From an uncultured Ignavibacteriaceae bacterium (GTDB lineage Bacteria; Bacteroidota; Ignavibacteria; Ignavibacteriales; Ignavibacteriaceae), in the NCBI GenBank assembly GCA_964595355.1, contig CAZQQD010000001.1, positions 1,638 through 65,637 of the forward strand: 64,000 bases of DNA, given 5' to 3'. A program made the position numbers and the translations under genes. This document shows positions 41,796-50,539 of the stretch, piece after piece. Within the stretch, counting starts at the first letter, position 1. Every line of letters begins with the position of its first letter. The notes under the pieces were generated by a model. It worked only from the letters and a program-made list of their open reading frames with translations, had not been told where the DNA came from and ran no database searches.

Positions 41796-44700
41796 ATGAA
41801 AGATAAAGGAAATACTGTTACTACTGATAACAAACGGAATTTATACAAACTTCTTTTTGAGAATCATCCTAATCCACTGCTTGTTTTCCAAAGAGACTCA
41901 CTGGATATATTATCATTTAACAATGCTGCTAAAGAGTTTTACGGATATAGTTCTGAAGAGTTTCTGAAATTAACCATACTTGATATCAGACCCGAAGAAG
42001 AAAAACAAAAATTTATCAAGTACTTTAAATCACAGGATTTTAATAATACAAGAGCAGGTATATGGAAACACAAGAGAAAAGACGGTACAGTGATTTGGGT
42101 TGATGTGACTGCAAGTGATATTGAATTTAATAATATTCCCGCCAGAATGCTCTCTATTATTGATGTGACTGAAAAGGTAGAATCTCAACAGGCATTGAAA
42201 GATGAGGAAATGAAATATCAGACCCTTGTAGAAACAGTAAATGAAGGAATAGTATTGGCAGATAATAATGATGTTATAAAGTTTGTAAATAAACACTACT
42301 GTGAAATGCTGGGGTATACGAAGGAAGAATTAATAGGCAAAGTTGGTTATGAAGTACTTCTGGATAAAGAAACACAGGAAATAATAAAAAAACAAAATTT
42401 TGAAAGAACAAAAGGAAAATCGAATAAATATGAATTAAAGATGAGAAAAAAAGACGGGACGCCTATTTATATGGAAATCAGTGGGACTCCTGTTTATGAT
42501 AAAAAAGGGGATGTTATCGGTTCTCTTGGTTTACATTTTAATATAACTGATAGAAAAAAAGCATTAAAGGCACTTGAAGAATCGGAAGAAAAATTCAGGT
42601 CATTAGCTGAACATTCAATTGTTGGGGTTTACCTAATTCAGAATGAAATTTTTAAATATATAAACCCAAGATTAGCAGAAATATTTGGTTATAACATTAA
42701 TGACCTGCTTTATAAAAAGGGACCTAAGGATCTTACACCCCCTGAAGATTGGAAAATAGTAAAAGAAAATCTGCGAAAGAGGGTAAATGGGGAAGTGTCG
42801 GCTATAAATTATTCCTTTAAAGGGATTAAAAAAGATGGAAGTGTAATTTATGTTGAAGTCTTTGGCTCAAAAGTTACATACTTAGATAAACCGGCTGTTA
42901 TAGGAACTTTGCTGGATATAAGCGCACGTAAAAAAGCTGAAGATTCATTGCGTGAAAAAGAAGAAAATTTTAGAAATTTGATTAATTCTTCAATCGATTC
43001 TGTTTATGTTATACAAGATAACAAGCTTGTTCTTGTAAACCCTGCATGGGAAAAACTGTTCGGTATATCCTCAAAAGAAGCAATTTCTTCAAAATTTAAC
43101 ATTATGGATATTGTGGCAGAAGAAAGTAAGTCTCTTATTCAGGAAAGGATGAGACAAACAGAACAGGAAAATTTCTCACCCACAAGATATGATATGAAGG
43201 TCATTACACGAAAGCAAGGAATAAGAGAATTAGAGGTTAGTGTCTCTGAGATTATGTGGCTTGGCAGAGCGGCGGTCCTGGGAATTTACAGAGATATAAC
43301 TGATAGAAAAGAAGCTGAAAGAATTTTACGTACATCCGAAGAAAAATTCAGAGACTTGTTTGAACTCGCTCCCGTGGGAATTTATCAATCAACATTCGAT
43401 GGTAAAATTATTACTGCGAATTTGAGATTAGCTAAAATTCTCGGATTCGACTCGACAGAAGAGTTTATGGAACATAAACTTGGAGAATTTTATGCAGATA
43501 AAAATCAAAGGCAAAGATTGATTACTGAGTATGAATCAAAAGGATCAACAGCGGATATTGAACTTGAATGGATAAAGAAAGATGGTAGTATAGTCTGGGT
43601 TCAGTTGGATGCACACGTAATACAAACTTCTGAGAAAGATAAACCGTATTTCGAAGGGTTTGTTCGTGATATAAGTGACAGGAAAAAAGCTGAAAAAGAA
43701 ATACAAGAGACCGAAATAAGATACAGACAACTGATTGAATCTGTTAATGCAATTTTCTGGAGAGCGGATGCAAATAACTTCCAGTTTAAATTTGTGAGTA
43801 AACAGGCTGAGACATTGCTTGGTTATCCTATAGAAAATTGGCTGAGCGAACCCGATTTCTGGATAAAACATATATATCCGGATGATGTTGAAATAGCTAT
43901 TAATTATTATAAAAAAGCTACAAAGGAAAAGAAGCTGTATGAATTTGATTACAGAATGATTTCCAAAGATGATTCATTAATTTGGTTAAGAAATATTGTT
44001 AGTGTAATTCTAAAAGATGATGTGCCATATGAGTTGATTGGTGTTATGGTTGATATGACTCAACAGAAAAAAAGTGAAGAAGAAATTATTTCTGCAAAGG
44101 AAAAAGCTGAAGAGGCAAATAGGTTAAAGACAGCATTTTTATCGACGGTTTCTCACGAGATTCGTAGTCCATTAAATGCTATACTTGGATTCAGCAGCAT
44201 ATTAAAAGAGATCTATTATGATAGGGCCAGTGAGGAAGACAAGCAATTTTTTAATTCAATGGAAGAGGCTGGCGCAAGATTGCTTGATACAATTACGCAG
44301 GTTCTCGATATATCCAGGCTGGAAGCAGATGACTTTTCATTAAATATAAAACCTGTTTCATTCAACAAGTGTATTAGATCAGCTTATAATGTTCTGAATG
44401 TTCAGGCTGAAGAGAAAAAACTAAAAATAGAACTTGATTTGCCAGGAAAAGAGATAATGCTGGATACAGATGAATATTGTCTTGGCGGTGTTCTTGTAAA
44501 CCTGATAAGTAATGCAATTAAATACAGCAAAAAAGGAACTATTGCTGTTAAGCTTAGAGAGAATAAAGATAGTGTAATTTGTTCAGTTAGAGATGAAGGA
44601 ATTGGAATGTCAGAAGAGTATCAAAAGCATTTGTTTGAAACATTTAGCCAGGAAGATGTGGGCTTAAGCAGAAGGTACGAGGGAACTGGGTTGGGGCTTG

Positions 44701-44813
44701 CTATTACAAAAAGATATTTAGATTTGTTAGGTGGCAATATAGAAGTGCAAAGTAAAAAAGGTATAGGTACAACTATGATATTTTCTGTGCCGAAATCGAT
44801 ATTAATTCATTAA
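41796..44813 (+). CDS. cytoplasmic multi-PAS sensor histidine kinase
   Basis: 1005 aa with no TM segment. About six PAS/PAC units are delimited by recurring (D/N)I(T/S)(D/A)RK...EE(K/N)FR linkers. HisKA carries STVSHEIRSPLNAILGF. HATPase carries NLISNAIKYS, DEGIGM and [11 protein letters not shown]. Confidence 0.85.
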   Translation: MKDKGNTVTTDNKRNLYKLLFENHPNPLLVFQRDSLDILSFNNAAKEFYGYSSEEFLKLTILDIRPEEEKQKFIKYFKSQDFNNTRAGIWKHKRKDGTVIWVDVTASDIEFNNIPARMLSIIDVTEKVESQQALKDEEMKYQTLVETVNEGIVLADNNDVIKFVNKHYCEMLGYTKEELIGKVGYEVLLDKETQEIIKKQNFERTKGKSNKYELKMRKKDGTPIYMEISGTPVYDKKGDVIGSLGLHFNITDRKKALKALEESEEKFRSLAEHSIVGVYLIQNEIFKYINPRLAEIFGYNINDLLYKKGPKDLTPPEDWKIVKENLRKRVNGEVSAINYSFKGIKKDGSVIYVEVFGSKVTYLDKPAVIGTLLDISARKKAEDSLREKEENFRNLINSSIDSVYVIQDNKLVLVNPAWEKLFGISSKEAISSKFNIMDIVAEESKSLIQERMRQTEQENFSPTRYDMKVITRKQGIRELEVSVSEIMWLGRAAVLGIYRDITDRKEAERILRTSEEKFRDLFELAPVGIYQSTFDGKIITANLRLAKILGFDSTEEFMEHKLGEFYADKNQRQRLITEYESKGSTADIELEWIKKDGSIVWVQLDAHVIQTSEKDKPYFEGFVRDISDRKKAEKEIQETEIRYRQLIESVNAIFWRADANNFQFKFVSKQAETLLGYPIENWLSEPDFWIKHIYPDDVEIAINYYKKATKEKKLYEFDYRMISKDDSLIWLRNIVSVILKDDVPYELIGVMVDMTQQKKSEEEIISAKEKAEEANRLKTAFLSTVSHEIRSPLNAILGFSSILKEIYYDRASEEDKQFFNSMEEAGARLLDTITQVLDISRLEADDFSLNIKPVSFNKCIRSAYNVLNVQAEEKKLKIELDLPGKEIMLDTDEYCLGGVLVNLISNAIKYSKKGTIAVKLRENKDSVICSVRDEGIGMSEEYQKHLFETFSQEDVGLSRRYEGTGLGLAITKRYLDLLGGNIEVQSKKGIGTTMIFSVPKSILIH

Positions 44814-44819
44814 TTATCA

Positions 44820-46130
44820 TTATATAATAACGCCCAACCAATTACTCAATAATAACTTAGCCTCGCTTCTTTCTTTTTGCGGCAAATCTTTTATTCTTGT
44901 TGCATGTGTACCTTCATGCTTTATAAATACTCTTGAGTTGTTTTTTCCTGTCAATTTAATTCCAGCTCCATTTGACCAAGGGTCATTGCCACCATTTACA
45001 TAAATTATATTTTCTCCCTTCGTCTGAAGCCAATAATTTATTTTCCGAAGTATTTCAGGATGATATTTTATTGTTAAATTTTTAGGTAGAAAGTCACTAT
45101 ATGATTCAATCGGTTTGGCTTTAATCAAGCTCAAGACTTCAGGACTGTTGTAATAAAAATTATAGTAACCTAATTCAGTAAAAGATTGATAATATAATGG
45201 TTGATAGTATCTACCCTCTTTATCTGAAAATAAACTAAAACCTGACACATTATTTAGCTCTTTAAAAAGCTGTTTTACAGTTGCATTCATGTCCGGAATT
45301 TTATCACAACTGCTTTTACCCCACTGCCAGAATGAAAATGGATATTCTAAAACAGCAAATTCAAATGCATTCACAAGGCCTATTGAAAATTTGTATTTCT
45401 TTTCCTTGGCAATTTCTTTGACTAAAGGAAGAATTTCTTTTCTGTGTTTCAGAACATCGATCTGAAATTGCGTAATTCTATCTCTGCATTCTTTTGTTCC
45501 GACTTCAGAAGAAATAAACTTATTTATCTCCGGATTTTCCTGAGCAAGATTTATTGGTGCAACGTAAGCCACAGTAGCATTAACATCTTCAGGATAATAA
45601 TATCTGTAAAATAAACTGGTTTGTCCTCCTTTACTTATTCCGGTGCTAACCCATTTATTGTTTATAAATAATTTTCTAAAGATAGTAGTAATGTTGTGTA
45701 AATCTGCGGCACATTGTTCAGAGGTCAAATATTTCCAATCCATGCTTGTGGGTTTAGATTCATCAAAAAAACGGTTTTCTACAATAAGTTGATTTGCATC
45801 AAGCAGTTTGGCGGGTTCTGTAATATAATTTTTATACGCAGCGTATCCTTCAGTTGAAATTACTACTGGTGCATATTTGCTCCTGTAAGATAAATAAACC
45901 TTTTGAGTGAATTTTTCACTCTGTACATTATTGTGATCCAATAACTGTTCAACCATTATTTTATAAACTGCAACATAACCGGAATCATTTTTAACTTGCT
46001 CTACAGATCTAATTCCGGATAACGAATTTATTTCCCTGGACAAATCATCTGCGGTTTGCGAAAGACATTTTGTGCTTAAGAATAGAATTAAAACTAAAAT
46101 CAACTTAATAATCGAACTGAACCGCTTCAT
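44820..46130 (-). CDS. secreted alpha/beta-hydrolase serine peptidase (S37 PS-10 / S28-like)
   Basis: 436 aa with a signal peptide, a GISKGG nucleophile elbow (GxSxG), and an FTQKVYLSYR...VVISTEGY...NQLIVENRFF pattern that I recall from Peptidase_S37. The family call is from memory only. Confidence 0.5.
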   Translation of the reverse strand: MKRFSSIIKLILVLILFLSTKCLSQTADDLSREINSLSGIRSVEQVKNDSGYVAVYKIMVEQLLDHNNVQSEKFTQKVYLSYRSKYAPVVISTEGYAAYKNYITEPAKLLDANQLIVENRFFDESKPTSMDWKYLTSEQCAADLHNITTIFRKLFINNKWVSTGISKGGQTSLFYRYYYPEDVNATVAYVAPINLAQENPEINKFISSEVGTKECRDRITQFQIDVLKHRKEILPLVKEIAKEKKYKFSIGLVNAFEFAVLEYPFSFWQWGKSSCDKIPDMNATVKQLFKELNNVSGFSLFSDKEGRYYQPLYYQSFTELGYYNFYYNSPEVLSLIKAKPIESYSDFLPKNLTIKYHPEILRKINYWLQTKGENIIYVNGGNDPWSNGAGIKLTGKNNSRVFIKHEGTHATRIKDLPQKERSEAKLLLSNWLGVII

Positions 46131-46140
46131 AAATTAAATC

Positions 46141-47262
46141 CTAATTGTTGAGTATTTGTTTAAGTGCGGAAAGACAGGCGTTAATATTTCCTTCGTTCGA
46201 AGTATATCCCATCAAACCTATTCTCCAGATCTTGCCCGCAAGAATTCCGAGTCCCGCTCCAATTTCAATATTAAATTCGTTCAACAAGCGACTTCTGACC
46301 TGAGCATCATTCACACCGTCTGGTACTTTTACAGTTGCAAGTTCCGGGAGTCGTTGACCTTCTTTTACAAAAATTCCTAGTCCTAAACTCTTTAATCCTT
46401 CGATAAATTTTTCATTGTTTTCTTTATGTCTTTTCCATGAATTTTCAATGCCTTCTTCTTTTAATAATAAAAGAGCTTCGTGTAAACCGTACAGTGCATT
46501 TATTGGTGCGGTATGATGATAGGATCTTTTTGCAGCGCTTCCCCAGTAGCTGATCACAAGGTTTATATCCATAAACCAGCTCTGTACTTTATGTTTTCTG
46601 TTCTTAATAAATTCTATTGCCTTTTCATTAAAACTAACTGGTGAAAGCCCGGGTGGGCAGGAGAGACATTTCTGAGAACCTGAGTAAACAGCATCTATGT
46701 TCCATTCGTCTACTTTTACAGGTACTCCTCCTAGTGAAGTGACTGTATCGACAATTGTAAGGCAATTATATTTATGTGCAATTTCGACCAGAGTTTTTGC
46801 ATCCGAAAGTGCACCTGTGGATGTTTCGGCATGTACAAATGAAACTAACTTAGTATCACTGTTTTTTTTGAGCGTTTCTTCGAGCTTGTTCGTTGAAATT
46901 GCCTCACCCCATGGGGCTTCAACTACAATTGCGTTGGCTCCGCACCTTTCAACTATGTCTTTCATTCTTCCGCCGAAGACTCCGTTTATACAAACTATTA
47001 CTTTCATTCCGGGTTCAACAAGATTGACAAGACAGGCTTCCATCCCTACGCTTCCGGGTCCTGAGACTGGAAAAGTTAATTCATTTTTGGTTTGAAATGT
47101 GTAACGCAATAGTTCTTTTATTTCATCCATTAATTTTATGAATTGCGGATCCAGGTGCCCAATTGTTGGGCGTGCCATAGCTTGCAAAACTCTGGGATGG
47201 ACATTGGATGGCCCGGGGCCCATTAGTATTCTTTTAGGTGGAATAAATGGTTGAGTACTCAT
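46141..47262 (-). CDS. class V aminotransferase (alanine-glyoxylate / serine-pyruvate type)
   Basis: 373 aa with LMGPGPSNV, HAETSTG and PLP-lysine context SGSQKCL. Confidence 0.85.
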   Translation of the reverse strand: MSTQPFIPPKRILMGPGPSNVHPRVLQAMARPTIGHLDPQFIKLMDEIKELLRYTFQTKNELTFPVSGPGSVGMEACLVNLVEPGMKVIVCINGVFGGRMKDIVERCGANAIVVEAPWGEAISTNKLEETLKKNSDTKLVSFVHAETSTGALSDAKTLVEIAHKYNCLTIVDTVTSLGGVPVKVDEWNIDAVYSGSQKCLSCPPGLSPVSFNEKAIEFIKNRKHKVQSWFMDINLVISYWGSAAKRSYHHTAPINALYGLHEALLLLKEEGIENSWKRHKENNEKFIEGLKSLGLGIFVKEGQRLPELATVKVPDGVNDAQVRSRLLNEFNIEIGAGLGILAGKIWRIGLMGYTSNEGNINACLSALKQILNN

Positions 47263-47538
47263 ATTTAATCTCCGTAATTAGAATTCTTGTGGTGGATTAC
47301 TAAATGATTGCAATTTAAGAATTACTTCGCTTTCTTATCAGTATTTGCTAAAAGAAAAATGGAACTCAAAAAAGAAAGTAAACCTATTTATTAAAGGTAA
47401 TAAAAATAAATTTTATAAACATTATGATCAACTTATACAGGCTTATTGTGAGAAGGTATTCAGAAAATAGTAAATTACCAATTGCAGTAGTTTAATCCAT
47501 TGTTAGTTTAATTTAAGAATAAAATTCCAAACGAATTG

Positions 47539-50229
47539 TTAATCATTGGCTTGAATCAGTTTATCATCCAACACAACATTATATCTTCCTTTCTCAGGTC
47601 CATTTTCTAATTTCAACACCCCACGAGGGCATACAGCAGCGCAAACTCCACAACCGACGCATGAAGAACGAATAATATTTTGTTTTCGCTGTGCATAAGC
47701 TCTTACATCAATTCCCATCTCGCAGTATGTTGAACAGTTGCCACAGGAAATACACTGTCCGCCGTTAGTGGTAATTCTGAACTTTGATCTGAATCTTTGA
47801 AAAAGTCCCAATATAGCTGCAAGTGGACATCCGAATCTACACCAGACTCTGCTTCCCATTAAAGGATAAAATCCAACCCCAACTATACCGGAGAAAACAG
47901 CTCCAATTAAAAATCCATAAACTGATGAAAATGTTTGTGAAAGCCCCCCAAGCACTTTTCCTTCACTTGCAGAATTAATCCAAAGAAGGGCAGTTGTAAC
48001 TACAACAAATACCAGCACTGAATGAATAGACCACCTTTCAATTTTCCAGGTTTTTAATGATTTATCCGAGAGATGACGGAAAGGATCGCCCGCTGTTTCA
48101 GCAAGTCCACCGCAACCACACACCCAGGAGCAATACCATCTCTTACCGAAAAAATATGAAAGAACAGGAGCTGCTATGAATGTCATTGCAGCGCCCCAGA
48201 AAACCATAAAATATCCGAGTGCGCCTGCAGTATGAGTCAGGTAATTTATATTATTTGGGAACAGGTATTGATATTTAAGCGGCCAAAAATAACTAAAGTA
48301 GTGTTCCGGTTTGTTGAACATAATTAATAAAGCAGGAATCAGATAAGCAAAACCAAGCTGAAAAAACATAACGGAAAATGTTCTTACTATATGATACCTG
48401 TTATGTCGGTATTTGATTATCATTTTTAATCCCATAAAAAGCACAGCTAGTGTGTAAAATGTTCCGTATAAAAACCAGCGATCAGCTTTTTCTCCCCGTA
48501 AAAAATAACTTAGTGGATCGACAAGCCTTATCCAGTTTTCAATAAATGAAGGGAACCAGTATAGAAAAAAGTAAAAGGCTGTGATAATAATTCCAGCTAT
48601 CCAGGCTATTGCCCCACGTGAGGTAAAACCGTTGAAAAATATTTTATTGTTTTTGATTCCCGCAGGAGCTTCCCATATTACTGGAAGAGAATAAGTAACA
48701 GCACCAATTATAGATAGTCCAAAACTCAGGAACAAAAAGAGGTTTGGCATAATCATAGCTGTTCCTGTCAGACTTACCAAAAGGAAAAACACTCCGGTAA
48801 GAAAAACCCCAAGCCCCGTTTTTTTGATCCATTCTAATCTTGAATTGTTCTTGTAAACCTTAAACGGTTCTATTTGGATTGGTGTCATGCTATTTCCTTT
48901 CTCAGTAAACTCTTCAAACCTCTTTTTTGATTTTAATTCCAGATTTGCGCCTGGATTGTCTGAATTAAATTTTTCAATTATTTCTTTCTCGTGTCTTTCA
49001 AAAAATTCAGGATCAAAGTTTGCATTTGGTAAATGTTCCAGTACATATTCGATTGTTTTTTTGTTTTTAATACATTTTTCAAAAAACTCTTGCCTGTAAC
49101 GAATACCGAATGTGTTCATTCCTACTATTGAGTGATCATCGCTTTTATAAACAAAGTGTACAGCTTTTTTACCGGATTTATGTTCCCAGTAAAAATTTGA
49201 TTCACCTTCGCGTGGTTGTGCTGCTACAAATCCGTAAGTTTGATATTCTATATCCAGGAATTTTGCAGAGTTAAACCATATACCCCGGTCATATTTTGTC
49301 CTTTTACCACATATTGTTTGTGCAAGAGCTTCGCCGTGCATTCTTCCGGTATACCATAATTGTTCAAATCTGAACCTACCGAGTTCCCTTTCCTTAAATT
49401 CGACACAATCGCCTGCCGCATAAACATCGGGTATATTTGTTTCAAGGAAATCATTTACTAGGACACCACGATTTGTCTCAACTTTCGAATTTTTTACCAT
49501 TTCGATATTGGGATGGACACCGGGAGTTAGTCCAACAAGTTGACATTCAATTTCTTCATCTTTATCTGTTATAATAGATTTAACTCTGCCGTTTTCTCCC
49601 GCTTTAATTTCTTTTAACTGTATTCCAAGTTTTAAACTAAAGCCATGCTCAATAATATGACGACAAATCAGAATAGAATCTTCCTTAGGAAGTATATTGC
49701 TCCAGTATAAATTTTCTCTCACTAAAAATGTAACGTGAATATTTCTTGAATGAAGCATCTCTGCAAGTTCGATTCCAATCAGCCCGCCTCCTACAATTAC
49801 TGCGTGTGAAATATTCTTTGTATTTTCTTCCAGCAATTCCACATCCTGCCAGTTATATAATCCCTGCACTCCTGGTAAATCTTGACCTGGCCAGCCAAAT
49901 TTATTTGTCTTTGAACCTGTTGCAATTACAAGTTTATCATAGGGGATAATTGAACCGTTATTGAGTTGCAGATTTTTTTTATCTGTATCAATATAATTTA
50001 CGTGAGCGTAAATAAGATCAATATTGTTTTTGGCCCAAAACCAATCTTCATAAGGTTTAATTTCTTTGAAACGCATATGTCCCATATAAACATACATCAA
50101 TGCTGTTCGGGAAAAGAAGTATTTTGTTTCGCTGGAAATAATTGTGATTTTCATATCACTCATTTTTCTAACGTGTCTGGCTGTTGTTATTCCGGCGATC
50201 CCATTTCCAATTATTACCAGATTTTGCAT
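47539..50229 (-). CDS. fusion protein: N-terminal FAD/NAD(P)-dependent pyridine-nucleotide-disulfide-family oxidoreductase plus C-terminal polytopic NapH/CcoG/YccM-like 4Fe-4S membrane module
   Basis: 896 aa. The N-terminal part carries two Rossmann motifs (VIIGNGIAGITTA, VIVGGGLIGIELA) and AAGDC. From about residue 470 there are roughly 9-10 hydrophobic helices. These are followed by cysteine motifs CSWVCGCGG and CRFGCPLA (CX3CP type) and two ferredoxin motifs, CISCGNCSTYCE and CVGCGVCAAVCP. Confidence 0.75.
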   Translation of the reverse strand: MQNLVIIGNGIAGITTARHVRKMSDMKITIISSETKYFFSRTALMYVYMGHMRFKEIKPYEDWFWAKNNIDLIYAHVNYIDTDKKNLQLNNGSIIPYDKLVIATGSKTNKFGWPGQDLPGVQGLYNWQDVELLEENTKNISHAVIVGGGLIGIELAEMLHSRNIHVTFLVRENLYWSNILPKEDSILICRHIIEHGFSLKLGIQLKEIKAGENGRVKSIITDKDEEIECQLVGLTPGVHPNIEMVKNSKVETNRGVLVNDFLETNIPDVYAAGDCVEFKERELGRFRFEQLWYTGRMHGEALAQTICGKRTKYDRGIWFNSAKFLDIEYQTYGFVAAQPREGESNFYWEHKSGKKAVHFVYKSDDHSIVGMNTFGIRYRQEFFEKCIKNKKTIEYVLEHLPNANFDPEFFERHEKEIIEKFNSDNPGANLELKSKKRFEEFTEKGNSMTPIQIEPFKVYKNNSRLEWIKKTGLGVFLTGVFFLLVSLTGTAMIMPNLFLFLSFGLSIIGAVTYSLPVIWEAPAGIKNNKIFFNGFTSRGAIAWIAGIIITAFYFFLYWFPSFIENWIRLVDPLSYFLRGEKADRWFLYGTFYTLAVLFMGLKMIIKYRHNRYHIVRTFSVMFFQLGFAYLIPALLIMFNKPEHYFSYFWPLKYQYLFPNNINYLTHTAGALGYFMVFWGAAMTFIAAPVLSYFFGKRWYCSWVCGCGGLAETAGDPFRHLSDKSLKTWKIERWSIHSVLVFVVVTTALLWINSASEGKVLGGLSQTFSSVYGFLIGAVFSGIVGVGFYPLMGSRVWCRFGCPLAAILGLFQRFRSKFRITTNGGQCISCGNCSTYCEMGIDVRAYAQRKQNIIRSSCVGCGVCAAVCPRGVLKLENGPEKGRYNVVLDDKLIQAND

Positions 50230-50274
50230 AATAAATCCTGTTTGAATTAATTACTAGGTACTAAAAAAATAAAA

Positions 50275-50304
50275 ATTATGACAAAAGTATGACATTATTG
50301 TAAA
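50275..50304 (-). promoter_or_regulatory. putative promoter (TTTACA-N18-CATAAT) of the fusion oxidoreductase, overlapped by a phased direct repeat
   Basis: The minus strand reads TTTACA (50304-50299), 18 nt, then CATAAT (50280-75), about 45 nt upstream of the ATG at 50229. Two TGTCATA copies lie inside the spacer and -10 element. Confidence 0.3.
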
Positions 50305-50539
50305 AACTTTGTTACTATCATATTGAATATACTTTCCTTTCAAGTTGGCTAACGCAGGTATTCATAGATTGGCTTCCTCTTCTACAGGTCCTTTCTAGAT
50401 CTAAATACAATTTAATCTTAAAATAAATATCTTCCAATTAAATAATTACATATAAAGATTTCTAATTTTCTTGAACAACAGCTTGCAAACCTATAATTTA
50501 GTTGAGCCTAAGATTAAAATATTTTTATTTAAAGTAATA

